The position numbers were made by a program, and so were the translations under genes. This document shows positions 1 to 13,865 of a DNA stretch of 64,000 bases, piece after piece. The notes below the pieces were generated by a model. The model was not told the origin of the DNA and ran no database searches. It saw nothing but the letters and a program-made list of their open reading frames with translations. Origin of the DNA: Geosiphon pyriformis uo1 (Eukaryota > Fungi > Glomeromycota); NCBI GenBank assembly GCA_016748015.1, contig JAAOMT010000779.1, forward strand, positions 266,081 to 330,080. Reading direction: 5' to 3'. The first letter of the stretch is position 1, and the number at the start of each line of letters is the position of its first letter.

Positions 1-1490
1 AACGTCATATTTCTTCCAATCTTGCTGATTATTTTCTTGATACTCAACTTGGTATTCTTCTAAGTAGTATCCTCCCATTTGCTCAATTTCTTCATCGTCG
101 ACTTCTTGATCGACATCGGAATGATCAACATCGATTTCTCCACCCCATTCAGTGGAATGAATTGTATGAAGCCATTCATGTTCATCATCGGGGTCGGAAA
201 GGATGAATTCATTTCCATCGAATTCGGTACTTTCCCAATCATATGAGCCATAAATAAAATAACTTAAGGACTCCTCAAATTCTCGATTCTTTTGTCCAAG
301 CGAACTGGAAGGAGGACCAAGAGCACATCGTGTACCATCGGGATTCGCATGTTTAAAGAAACACATATCGCCAAATGGGCAAGTTTTCTTCTTTGCGAAG
401 TATTTGCAAGGAATTTGTCCAACATGTTCCTTATATCCATTTATAATGCTTTCTTTTCCAGAACCAGTGCAAGCATAGCGAGATGATGGAACAACATAGT
501 AAGAGATTTTTCGACACATAGGGCATCCCTTTGTAATTTCCAAACCGCCGTCGGAATCTATCTCAGATTTACGCCATTTACGTATGCATTCTGAAAAATT
601 TGGATAAGAAATAATTCAAAATGTCACAATCAAAGGTTTCCTTTACTTAAAACAAACAAGAAAAGGATAATAAGTGATGAAATACCAAGACAGAAGGTGT
701 GGTCACATGATTCTGTAGAAATTGGAAGTTTAAAAATAAAAATTAATTGTCGAAAATTGGCTGAAAAGATTTTTTATGATTATTACCAAGTAATCCATAA
801 GTAGTAGGGATATCAAAGCAAATGGAGCAGGCATTTTCGGAATTTTCCGCCTCTTTTGCCTTTTCCTTGGAGAAATTTGCTTCTTTCTGAACTGGTGTTT
901 CATGCAAGAACCAGCATTTTTTATCATATCGACAATAGCCTCTTTGGAAAAACTTGCACGGCGCTTTATTCTCTGATAAAAAAGCTCCAGGATTTTCTAT
1001 TTTGATGTGAGCTTCCGTTTTAATAGGTGCCTCTGAAGGCGCCTCGACTTTAATGTGAACGTTGAAGCTACTTGAACTAACACTTGTAGATGAAGCCGTT
1101 TTTGCGAATTTTTGATCGGTAGATTCTATCTTTATGGGGACCGAGAAACTTTCCTCTCTGTGAATATTGAAAGTTTCGATATTTGGGATTTTTATCATTC
1201 ATTTTAGACCTCAAATTTTAAATATTTACAACTTACTGATTGGTTGAGCTTTGATTCGAACGTGATTGGGTATTAATAGAACTTTCGGCGACAACCGACA
1301 TATTGGTTGCGTTGGACCTAGATGTTTGTGGTTTTTGACCTTGCTTTGAGGAAGTTGCGGAATCACGGGTCGCGTGAGATTGGTTAGGAATTGGGTGCAT
1401 AAAATTGCAGTTACGATCCTTATAGCATGTTCCTTGAGCAAAAAATCGACAGTTTTCGCGGCGAGTAGCTGAGGTAGGAAGAAATTCCAT
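1..1490 (-). CDS. Makorin-like CCCH zinc finger / RING E3 ubiquitin ligase (multi-exon; 3' end runs off the window)
   Basis: Spliced translation gives CCCH fingers CRFFAQGTCYKDRNCNFMH and CKFFQRGYCRYDKKCWFLH. These are followed by a RING (CSICFDIPTTYGLL/ESCDHTFCL/ECIRKWR...CPMCRKISYYVVPS), a further CCCH (PCKYFAKKKTCPFGDMCFFKH) and an acidic tail. GT-AG introns lie near 1158-1236, 715-790 and 591-685. Confidence 0.88.
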
Positions 1491-2412
1491 TCTCGAAGCT
1501 GGTAATTTTCCAAGATCAACCAAGTGAAAAAGCTATTCACAGGAAATCTCTCTCACTTAAACTTAGAAAGAGGCAATTACAGTGAGTTAGAATTGTTGAA
1601 AATGCAGGACTTTGGCTATTTATTTCGAAAATCGATCATAGAATGTCAATTTCCCGGGATCCCGGAGTCAAGCACAGTAATACAAAAATGATCAAGGCTT
1701 TCGGCCTAAAACTATCGGAACTTTGGTGATTTTTAATTGGTGTACCGAGAAACTTGTTCAACCATTTTCAGATCTTTGATATGTTGTGATACAACGTGAC
1801 TTAAATAAAAATTAAATTTATTATAGATAACAAAATTTAATTATATCAATAATCAATAATATTAAAAAATTTTATTTGATTATATTTTTTATTACTTTGT
1901 ATATTATAGTGTGTTTTATTTTTATTTAAAAATAGTAAATATAAATATATTTTTTATAATTTTAAAAATCAAAAAACTTTTTTTTTTCCATATATTTATA
2001 ATTACAATTAGAACAAAAAGTAAAAAATTACAATACTTTTAATATTTGAAGCATTTGATAATATTTTTACCAATAAAATATTTATAACTGTTGAAACTGC
2101 TTAACAGTACTTTATAAAAATAATTTTTTTAAATAAAATAATAATAAATTAGTTTTTTATTAATTTTAAAAATACTTTAATTAAGAGTTTTTCTTTTTCA
2201 AAGTTTTTTTTTAAAAAATCCGTTTGGAATAATTTTTATAGCTAAAATATAAAAAATATAAAAAACAAATAATTATGTTTTAATAATTAAATAAATATAA
2301 ATATAATTTAAAAATTTATTACAAAAAAATCATAATAATTATGATAAATATATTTTTTAATTATTTTAAAAATTAAAAAAAAGTTGAATATATTTTTTAT
2401 ATGTGTTTTTGG

Positions 2413-2416
<4 letters not shown>

Positions 2417-2443
<27 letters not shown>

Positions 2444-2448
2444 TAATA
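2417..2448. repeat. (AAT)n microsatellite
   Basis: About 10 tandem AAT units. Confidence 0.85.
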
Positions 2449-2476
2449 CATTTGGTTTTATATAATATTGTTTTAA

Positions 2477-2580
2477 TGGCTAGCCACATGTAGAAAGTGC
2501 GTGAGTCGCGTTTAGTTTGAGTTTCTTAGTTTGGTTCTGTGTACTAGATAGCGATTGGGCTACACTCATTAAAAAAAAAT
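2477..2580 (+). mobile_element. Extremely 5'-truncated LINE (3'UTR + poly(A) only)
   Basis: TGGCTAGCCACATGTAGAAAGTGCGTGAGTCGCG...GGGCTACACTCATT(A)n matches the reverse complement of the LINE 3'UTR at ~54800-54895. Confidence 0.85.
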
Positions 2581-3490
2581 TGTTTTAATAAAAATTCAAA
2601 TAATTAATTATATGTTTTAAATACATAATTTATGTTATTATTTATAAAAAAAAGAATTAATAATTAATATATAACATAAATTAACTAATTATATATTAAA
2701 AATAAAAAAATAAAATAGTATTAAAAAGTTCAAAAATATTAACAAAAGTACTAAAAATTTTAAAAATACCAAAAATATTAATAATAATTAAAAAAAAGTA
2801 TAAAAATAATTAGAAATACAAAAATATCTTATATTATAAAAGCTATATATATAAAAATTATATTAAAAAAATATTTTAATATTTAAAACACCAGAATAAA
2901 CCAGTTATCATGTTAAAAAAGTAAAACACCAAATGTTGTTAATTATTAAAACTTGAATTTCTGTTTTTTTATACAAAAAACTCAATCATAAAAATCTTTA
3001 AATATATTAGAATCTTCAAATTACATAATTATATTACAATACTAATTTTGGAATTATAAATTAATATATATATCTATAACAATAATTATAATTTTTATAT
3101 GTAGTTAAAATAGATATTAAAAGAATTTTACTTTGTTAAAATATTAAAAAAAATTTTAAAGTTAAATAATTATTACCTTTTTACTTATAATAATTATTTC
3201 AATATTAGATTAAGATAAAAACAATTAATATTATGGAAATGTCTGTAAAAAATTGAAACAAAAAAATAGTTATTTTTATAGATACAATAATTAAAAAACA
3301 GAATCAATATTTCTTAAAAACAACTACTGTTAACAATAAACAGCTGTATTTTGGGAAAGAGGAGAGTTACTAAGTAATGATTGATAGGCAAAAATTTTCA
3401 GCGCCTTATATGATTAAGGTGATTGGTAAACAAAAAAGTTTAAATTTTCCTATAAACTTTTAAGTTTTTGGAATCTTTCACTTAAAAAAG

Positions 3491-5074
3491 ATGTCTGCTT
3501 CTCGCAAACGAAAGATTAATACCGAGTCGGAAGCGGATCGGAAGAAGAGAAAAGGTAAATGCATTAAAAATATTCCAAGATCGACAATAGAATATGATAT
3601 ATTCTCTACGTTGATTACAGGTTATTTTAGTAGACAAACTAACAATAGCGTGGCGAATTTGGAGCCAAACATATCTGGTATTTTTATCAGTTGTCCCAAA
3701 CACAAGGAGCGGAATTGTGTTAGAGAATGTTATGATTTGTTCAATGAAGTAAGTCTTCCTTGTTTAATGCAAATATTCCCGTTAATTCAACCTTATGATT
3801 CTCAAAAATCAATCAAAGTATGTTGAAAAGCTTTATGAAGTCGAGAATTCATCTGATCCACCAAATGAAGGTTCCACAGAGGACGTAGAAACAGCCTTTC
3901 TTAAAGAACTTGCATCGATGAAGAAGAAACATGGGGAATATATGTTTTCTTCAATACAAACTGGAACTGATTGCTGTAATTTGTTTTTGCAAGTTTATTT
4001 GGTGGTGCAAATTCTTCATTTTATTAATTTTACTAAATTGAAGTTTCTCAATAATAGCTGTATTTCTTAAAACAAATCCACCGGTTGACCCAGTACAACT
4101 GGTTCATTATATCTTAACCGATATCAATAAGACAAAACAAAAAAAAACCAGGTATTTTTATTCTTTTATGAATCTGATTTATCTTTTCCTAATTGGTGGA
4201 TTAATTATCCCATACATTTGAATCCAATAGATTTACCCAACGGCTAACCCCAATAACAAAAACTTGTTTTGCAAATATCCCTGCTATTGTTGAATTGGCT
4301 AAGGAAGTCCTTGGTCCTCATTTTGGTTGCAAAGGGGAAGTATCCCCAAGAAAAATCGCAGTAAGTGGGACGAAAAGTGGCTTTCTTCGAAAGTTGATTG
4401 ATATTTATCTATTTCTTGATTATTACTGGAGTACTCTGTTATGCCAAGGATTCGTAACAACTCGAAAATTGAAAGATTAGAATTGATTGATACTATAGTT
4501 GGGATTGTTGGGAAACAACATCCTGTCAACCTGGATAACCCGGAGCTTGTAATTATCGTTGAGGTTTTTAAGGTTAGTTTTTTGCGATATGAAACGTCTG
4601 GTGCTCTTTTGAGCCAACTGCCTAACAATAAAGTTACTATAAGTGCATACCATGTGTTTTCTTAAGATGGAAATTGAAATAAAGGGTCGCTGAGAACTAT
4701 ACCTTTTTTTATTATCGTCCACAAATTATCATATTTCAATAAAGCTCAGCATTTGATTATTATATTTTTTTGCTCAACAATTTTACCAGAGCATTTGTGG
4801 AATAAGCGTTGTTCAAGATTATTATAAGCTCAAGAAATATAATCTTGAGACGATAACTGTTGACGAAACAGACGCGAACCAGGAAACCACCAAGGCGCGC
4901 AATCAGAAGGATGAGGAAGTTGGAATCAGGAATATACGGGCTGGAGAACAGAAAAAAGTGGGCGAAAGTCAGGATGAAGAGTCGATTGCTGGTAAGGACA
5001 TTGAGGAAGATAAAGAAGATCCAGAAAATAAAAAGTTCGAGGGTGTGAATCCTATAGAAAATGAAAACGACTAG
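3491..5074 (+). CDS. TAN1: THUMP-domain tRNA acetylation cofactor Tan1/THUMPD1 (about 7 exons)
   Basis: Exons give GIFISCPKHKERNCVRECYDLFNE, FSSIQTGTDCSVFLKTNPPVDPVQLVHYIL, KTRFTQRLTPITKTCFAN, PRIRNNSKIERLELI, HPVNLDNPELVIIVEVFKSICGISVVQDYYKLKKYNL and an acidic tail. Stop TAG at 5072-5074. Confidence 0.9.
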
Positions 5075-5444
5075 AATTGAGTTAACATCAAAATGAGAAA
5101 TGGGAGATAATTTTCAGAGCCTGGATTATTTCAGGGATTTCTTTTGTAAATTTTTTGTTTCAATATTTGGATTTTAATTAATTGGTAACAAATATTTTAT
5201 AATTTAATTGTTATTTAGTACATATATTTATATGTAAAATAAATATACAATAATATTTTAATATTTAACATAAGTATATAAAAAGCTTTTAAATAAACAA
5301 ATATTTTAATAATATTTAACAGGTTTGTTCTTATAAGTTGCTTAAATTAAAAAAATTAATGGCTTAATATTTTATATTAATGTATTGTAAATTTAATTTT
5401 TTAATAAAAAAGATAAATTTATTAAAATTTTACATATATTAAAA

Positions 5445-8400
5445 TTTTTTTTTTTTATTTATTTATTTAACAAGTGAAGTCCAAACATTGCCTAGTGCAA
5501 TACATTATACAAATAATCTAAATTAGGTGTGAATCATGCACTTTCTACATGTGACCAGTCACTCAGACCAATCAGGACAACACTATACACCTATATAAAC
5601 AGAAACTTCATCACTTATGTCTGAAAAAAATAAACAAGACTTACAAAAACTGAAACCAACACCAATCACCTCAGCAACATCCAGCAATCCAACCACACCC
5701 ACCGACAGCACTGAAGAAAGCCCAGAAATCGAGATAGAAACAGATCTATTACATGAAATAAGTCTATTTTTTTCCATAAAAGCACAGTGCTTGGCACAAA
5801 CCAACCAAATATCTTCCCAAAAAGCATGACTAAACTCATACACAAAGACCACAATGTTCTGACTCGCTACTTTGGAATCCTTAAAAACAGAGACAGACTC
5901 ATGAAACCAATCCTTGAAAACAAAACCCTTGCACAGAGCAGTGCTGACCAAAACATTAGACAAACAAGTAAACAATAGCTGCAAGACAACTGAGAAAGAA
6001 TGACCCAGGCCAGATTGCATTCCCCAAGCTAATGCATAAGAGTCCAACAAACAAACACAATCATCAGCATCAAATGAACAAGAAAAAGCATGATCTAAGA
6101 CTTCAACATCACCACAGAATAAATACACTACACTAGAGTAACTCTTATTATAAAGCCATTTATGCATAGCAACAGGAAGCTGATGGTGCAATGTCTTTAT
6201 AAAATACATCCAGAGACCAGCAGTCTGTATACTAGTAAAGTCAGCAGCCATGTGAGAATCCAGATGCCAAACCAAAAATGATCTAAACCAATCAATATCC
6301 ACATGTAGACTATTTACCACCACCCACAAACCAGAACTGATTTTCCAATGCACACGATAGACTGACTGAAAAACATTCTGAACAAAATGCCTAGAATTAC
6401 CAAAAATAGCAACATTACCAATCCTAAAATATTGTTCATTGATAAAATGGGGCAGAATTCAGCTAGAAAGAGCCGTAACTCTGGCCAATTCATCTGCACA
6501 TTCATTGCCCAAAACACCCAAATGACCTTTGACCTTATACCAATTAACATCCAAATTCTTACAATGAACAACATTTACAATATGACAACATTCAATCCAA
6601 CACCAATTTCTAAAATCTGGGCAAACCAAATCCAACTCTAACTTGCAAACATCCAAAGCTGCTTGACTGTTCGAGAACAAGTTGATCAAGTGAGAAAAAG
6701 GAATACACTCAAGAGCTAGAGCAATGACCTACAACTCCATCAAGGTAGAAAACATCAAACCAGAAACTCCCACTTCCAAACCCATACCAATGTTCTCAAA
6801 GAAAACAGCAGTCCCAGCTTTCATATTAACAGACTTCAAGTCACTCAAAGATCCATCCGTATAGACAGAAAGGCAACCAACATTAGAACACAACAAATTG
6901 GCACTAATAGCATTAAACTCACAAGAACAAAGAATATTTAAAGAGCTGCCATTATTCAAAGGCAGGAAATAGACAGAAAAAGAGAACACACTACCAAGAA
7001 ATCAAACAGAAAGCTCAAACCAGGCAGGAACTGGACCATGCAGGTCCAACCGCTTTCACTGCTTGAAGGTTTTCCAATCAAAAATAGACCTACTTTGGTT
7101 AAGCAGCTGTTTCACAAAGGCAATTCCATAATGCTGAAGTGAAGAGACACACTTAAAATAAGTTGATTCACCAAGAACACAAGACATAGGGGTCCCACTC
7201 CAATGATAAAAAGCATTGGTCAGGAAGCCACCCAAGGACAAATCACTTCCAAAAAAAATGTGCACCATACCAGCCAGAAAATTATTTAGAGAATTGACCT
7301 TGACATAAACCAGGTACTGCAAAGAATGAAGTGGGCACCAGCAGAGGACCTGAAGATCATGTGACCAGTGAGAAAATAGACAACCCAAAATACCAACAGA
7401 GTTTGCAAAAGAAATGACTAAGGCCAATTTATTCTCAGCCTGAATCTGCTCAAAAGTCTTCAAACCATACAGAGAAAGATGATAAATTGCATCACTAGGG
7501 AAGTCACACAGCAGGCCAGACTTAGATTTCAAGCCCTTACAAATCAGAGTGTTCCACTTCTCACAAGTATTAACAGGAACATAACTGAATTGTGTCCTAT
7601 AACCAACTATAGGGAAGAGGACCACCAAAACCAAATACAAAAACTGCTTATCAGATACTGCCTTCTTGAGAACCAGATTAGCAAAAAACCAGACATCAGA
7701 ATGTGCTTTGGACAAGTTAGGTTTGGAAAAACTTTCAGTCAACAGATAGATCCTTAAATAGTGATGCAATTCTCCTTTCTTGGCAATAGAAATAGATGAC
7801 CCACTGATCAACAGGGAAGGATCCGCAACCTTGCAATTGATGAGAATGACCACAGTTTTATCATTATTAATTGAAATATCATTAATATCAAAAAATTCAC
7901 TAGCAATGTTGAGAATGTGCTGTGTAGCACCTTGATTGCTACCAACCCATATAGTATTATCAACAAAAACACTCGCAACAAAAAAAAAGGAGAGACCAGC
8001 CCGAGATTTAGCACGACCACATTCAGAAATAAAGCAAGAATTCAACCTATATCTACACTTATCCACCTGTCTTTTGACTTCATACAGAAGAGGATCATAA
8101 AATATGCCCCAAAGAAGTGACAAGAACACCTCTCCCTGGTCCAAACCATTGTGCATTCTGTATCCATCTGTCAAACCAAAATCTGTTATAACCCTATTAA
8201 CATGATCATTATGAATACTACCAAAAAATCTAATGAATCTGCTACACATCTTAATCCTAACCAAACTGTTCCGAAGATGCTCTTATCCAACAGAATCATA
8301 AGCCTTTTGCATGTCCTACAAGACCAATCAGAGTTCACGGCTCTTCTCCAAAGCATCTTTAACTACTGAACCAATAGCAAAAATGGGTGACTGTGTTGTC

Positions 8401-11400
8401 ATACCCTTTAAAACCAAAAAATTGTTTCTACACAAAACATCAAAAGTACTACATGCCAACAAGATTTTATTTGAGAAAATTTTGGAAAGGATCTTGTGAG
8501 CAGTTTCAATCAAGGCAATAAGTTGGGTGTTCATGAGAACTCCATCCCATTTATATGGCTTAGGAATTATTGATACTCAAGCTTCTTTCCAAGCACCAAG
8601 TACTGACTCACAGATCAAACAAGAGTTTACAAGTACTAAAAGCATATCCAAAATTGGTTTATTACAATGTTTCTAGAATTCATTCAAAATCCCAGAAAGA
8701 CCAGCAGCTTTACTTTCAGGAAGATCAGAAATCACACTGAGCAACTTGTCAATACCAACAGAACACATCATGCCAGAAAAGGCACCATCAAAAACATACT
8801 TTAGAGGCCAGTATTGGCACAACCATTTATCTGAGATGTCAGATGTAACCCTGCACTTTCTGGTCCAACCTTCCATGATCCCATTCACCTTAGATTTAAC
8901 TAGGCTTGGTTCCAATACCAATTTGTTACCTACAACCAGATGATTCAATACTACTTTGCAAAAGGGGTGCTTCAAAACACTCCTGATGGTATGACCCTTA
9001 TCTGATTCAAAACTTTCTATTCTTTTATTAATAGCTGCCTTGATATATGCTTCCTTAGCATGCCTAGATTCCAGCAACTTAGAAGAGGGGTAAGATTTTC
9101 TTATTTTAGTCAGAGCTGAGCAAATCATGTTGAAATTGGAACCTAAAAGAAATAAAGACTTTACCACTGATGCACCATTAGCATTGAGCCCACACCATAT
9201 ATCCAACAATGAAGTAAATTCAACACTAGAGACCAAGCAAAAAGCCTTAACCAGCTTAGACATTAGCAACTTCAGCCTATAAAACCTTGAGGAATCTCTG
9301 GTGAAAACTCCATCAAAATCCCTAAACCATTTCTTTCTAAATATCTCATTTGCTGAAAGAGTTATTATCTTGTGTAAAACATTCCACATAACATCCAAAT
9401 CTGAGAGTTGTACAGCAGCAGCGAACTCATTGGCAAACATTCTAGTATTGGCTGAAGTGGCATCTTTAAAACTTTTCTATTTACTGTTATCAGCATTCTT
9501 GAAATCAAACTTCCAACAATCTCTATTAGCTTGCCTATAAAGGGAGTTTAATTGGGTATCCAGCAGACTGCCCAGGCCCACAGAAACAGAAACTGCCCAA
9601 TGATCAATGTTGAAATGTTTGTTTACATCCACAACATTGTGATCTATAACTGCATTGACCAAATTAGATGAACTAGCACAAAATTAATTGTTTTTTTCAC
9701 ATCCCTCAAATTTTCCCACATAAAACTTTTCACTACTAGGCTACCTGACAAAGAGTTAACCAGCCCCAAGTCTAGACATCTTTTAAAACTCGCACTCTTG
9801 CGCAAACCATTCTCATTGAAATCACCACCCAAAACGACGAAAGAAGATTTATTAACAGTCTTAGCAATGAGAGAATTGACTTCACCAGCCTGAGAAAACT
9901 GAACCAATGAAGAAGTACCAGCATAAAGCCCCAAAATAGACACAGAAAGTTTATTCTTGAAAAACAGCTTAATAGACAGGAGCTGACCAGGCACCTCAGA
10001 AACTTTGCACACATGTCTTGCCAAAGAAATGTCTATAACAATTGCAATGCCAGAGCCCACATGGCCAGAATTCAGACCAGAGGTGAACACCCAGACATCA
10101 TCAAACTTATTCATGATCTATGGATGAATTTTACTCTTTAACTTGGTCTCAGTAACAATAGAAATCAAATTGTTTGTCTCTTTATGCCAATGAATTATAT
10201 TATCCTGTTTCACAGGATTGTTTATACTCCTTTATTGCACATGGCAATCTTCCAAACCAAAACACTCATTGAGAAATAGAAACAGCTAACAAACCCAAAC
10301 CTGAGCACAAACAATCCAATTTTTCCAAAACAGATTCAACCAAAACTTCCAAAGCCACAATTTTGGATTCTAAACCACCAACTTTAGTAGTCAAAACTTT
10401 AAAACTACTTGGACTTATAATGGAAGATATATCACTAATGACAAGAGGAGAGAGATTGGAAACTGCTGAAGCATCATTCAAAACCATATCTAAATCTAAA
10501 CCTGAAACCACAGACACTAGAACTGTTGGAGGAGAAGCATTAGATGTAGTTGCCAAAGACACCAATTTTATGGAACCCAATTTTACCAAAATACCAGAAA
10601 CCTGGTCTGCCAAAAGTTCTAGAGAACATTCCAAAGAAGCCAAATGCCCAAACACGTCATGTTCACTAAACAAAGCAGAAGCAAAAAGAAAAGTCTCAAC
10701 AACAAGGAACAGACTGGCACCAAGAGAAACCAAAGAAGCCACACGAAAAGAGAAACCACCAGCTACCTGAGCCCAAGTTCTATCACCAAAAAAAACTGGA
10801 TGGGCAATAGGAGCCTGTTTTTTCTTATAAATACCAGCCAAATGGACCCAATTCTGATTAGTCACCACTCGCTTCCCATGAACTTCAGAAATCCCATCAG
10901 ACAAACATGCATCAGAGATGTAACCAAATTGTTTACATTTGGCACAACAAGCCAGAGAAAGACTAGTCCATCACAAATTTACACTCTTAAAAACCAGATC
11001 AGAACTAATTGCAACCAACTTAGATTTCTTATTAGTAAAACAAACCACAGCACATCTGTTGCAGACATAAGAACTAGAATTGCAACCAATAAAACACACT
11101 ATATAAATCAAGTAAACCAGACAAATCATAAGCAGTAGTGCCAACTGGTAAAGTATAAAGCAAAGCTCTATGCTGATCTCTAAACATCCAAGATTGTTTA
11201 TCTTCAACAGCCAATACCACTTACACAAAATCTTTTCTCATGAGAACAGACCATTTAGAAGCAACTGAACTAGCCACCTTTGGTGATTCAAATTCAACCA
11301 AAGCTTTCTGTCACAAACCAATCAATTGTATCTTAATCAACACAATCTTATCAAACTTAGCAAAAACTGATTCTACTGCTGATCTGGGAAGATCTATTGG

Positions 11401-12330
11401 AATTTTCTTGATGATTACCTCCTGATTTGACCAGCTGTTTATCTTTCTAAGATCATTATTAAAAAAAATTTTGTTATTAATCACTAGTACTTTAACCTTA
11501 TTCAAACTGAATTTTGATGTAAAAGATGATCTGATAATCTCAAGAAATTTTGAGAGAGTAGAGGCACCTCCAAAACCATCTACTTGATAAAAATTTTTTT
11601 TTATTGAAACCAATTTATCACTAATTAATTTGCCAGGCACTACAGAAAGTTCAACATCAAGCACAAAAGATTTTACTGGCTCGAATTTTCTTTCATCTGA
11701 AACATGTGACTTGGTACTTGGCAGCTGATTGAAACCTTTAAACTTAGGAAGTGAAAGAGCCACCATATCTTCATTACCACTCAAAACATTAAACAAAGGA
11801 GCTTTCGGAGGTTGACTTAATACATATGTACAAGTGCATGTTTTCCTGAGTGTAGTATTGTCCTCCATGCCATTGATTACAGAATTGTTTGAGTTGGCGT
11901 AACTAGTTTTTTTAGTGGCAGTATTCTTCATGTTCTTCAGATCTGACAGGCCACCCATACTGCTCGCTTCACTTTCCATTTTACTGCTCCAAAATTTCGA
12001 AAACTTATCATCAATGTCTCCAATATCGGTCAGGCCCAACAGACCAACAGACAAGTCAACCATACTGACACTGATTTTAGGATTCCTAAGCTTCTTGTAA
12101 GATACACTACGAGTATATACACTATTTATTTATTTTTTTGCATCAAGCCAGTTCTCCAACTCAGCAAAAGTAGATTCAGAGTCACCAGCAACAGAACTTG
12201 CCAGTTCTATGTTTACGAATAAAGGTACATCTGAAGAAATAGTTGAAGTATGGAGTAAGGAAACTTTTTTTCGATAATATCTCACTCTCATTGTGACTGA
12301 GTGATCAACAAGAAAAAGTTATTTTCTTTA
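5445..12330 (-). mobile_element. Near full-length non-LTR retrotransposon (LINE) with ORF1 and ORF2 (APE-RT-RNase H-Zn finger), pseudogenised
   Basis: ORF1 ~12210-10266 has a decayed CCHC knuckle (CAKCKQFGYISDAC). ORF2 from 10269 has APE motifs (WKIAMCN, GVA-like IV, VVLGGDFNE), RT (IALIETAHKILSKI, GLDQGEV, FVDNTIW), RNase H (VYTDGSL, KVKGHLGVLGNECADELA) and a C-terminal LHHQLP...FCGDVE...HAFSC. Poly(A) tail at ~5445-5456. Confidence 0.92.
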
Positions 12331-13479
12331 TTACTTTATATTTTATTATAATTAATATTATAATAAATAATTAATAATAATTAATAATAAAAATAATTAA
12401 AGAAAATTTTAATTAAAAAAATAAATCAATTAAATAAATAATTTTACTTATTATAATAGTTATTACAAAAGTATTAATTTTTAATTTTAATTTTTTTTAA
12501 TATTGTTAATTTAAAATTAATTTAATAAGTTATATCTTAACAATAATTAAAATAATTTTTTAATTATAAGTAATAATTATTTGGTATTATTTTTATTAAT
12601 GATATTTGGTATATTTTTTGGGTCATATAAGTATTGTTTGTTTTTTTTAATTTGAGCAGTCAAAATTGGCTTAAGTAGTTAATTATATATAAAAAATACA
12701 TAAATTATATTTGATTTATAATACTTAGTTGTTATATTATATTAGATAGAGATTAAACTTTATTTATAAATACAATAAAAAAAACTTTTTATTAAATTAT
12801 TGTATTAATTTTTTTTTGTTTTAAAAATTTTAAATAATAATTTTAATATTTGTATGATTTATTTCTATTTTTGTTATATAAACAGTATTTTTTTTAATAT
12901 TTTACAATAAATATTTATATATTTTTTAAATTAAAAGCATTATTTTATTAAAGTATATTATAAATATTTGTTTATTATAAATATATTAATGTATTTATTT
13001 TTTATTGTTTTTTTTATAAAAAATATTTTATAATTAATAGCAATTAAAAATTAATTTTTAAAATTTTAAATAGTTAAAAAATAAGTTTTATGTTTATTTT
13101 TAAATTAATTAAACTTTTAAGCAAAATATTAAGTATTTCAAAAATATGTTTAATTTAAATTTTTAAAATATAAAACAGTTTTTAATATTTATAACAAAAT
13201 TTTTAATTATAGATTTTATTAATAATAATACCAAAAAAAAAAACAAAATTATATAATAATAAAAAAATAAAATTTTTGTTATAAAACTTTAAATTAATTT
13301 ATAAAAATTTTAAATATAACAAAAAACTTAGAAAAAAGTTTTAAAATACCAAAAAAAAAAACAGTTTACAATAAAAAATCAAATAATTTATTAATATTTA
13401 AAGGTTTTTATTAATATATATAATATATTAATTTTAATAATATTATTATTAAAAAAAACTTTTTTTTTTCTTTTATCCC

Positions 13480-13865
13480 AAATTCCCAAAAAAGAGTCAA
13501 AAAAGTTTTTTGAAAGAAGTTTTTTACCATTTAGTATGATAAATTAAAACTGTTTTTGCTTGACTATAAGGCCACTATTGGCTGTAATATTATCATTATA
13601 AAGAAAACTGTTAAAAGCTTTAGTTTTGATGCTAATAACAGAGATGTTGTTTCTAAGAAAAAAAGAAAAAGTGATATATTAAAGAATAGTACTGCTCATG
13701 ATATGGCTTTTATTGAAGAGGTGGTTAGGAGTTTTTAGAGTTTTGAGACTGGAAATACAACCAAATCTAATAGTATTAATATGAAAGGGAAGTTTCTAGT
13801 AAAGAAAACTAGTGTGAATTATAGTGAAAGAAATGTGTTTATTGAAAGTAATTCTGGTCAGATGC
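13480..13865 (+). mobile_element. Probable 5' fragment of ORF1 of a related LINE, truncated by an LTR insertion
   Basis: Decayed reading VVSKKKRK...ETGNTTKSNSINMKGKFLVKKTSVNY parallels the ORF1 N-terminal (E/K)TSY region of the 5.4-12.3 kb LINE. It ends abruptly at TGTTA (13866). Confidence 0.55.

Noticed and set aside
12330-13460. Extremely AT-rich tracts as centromere or organellar insertion
   Set aside because: No recognisable organellar genes or satellite period; better explained as terminally eroded repeats.
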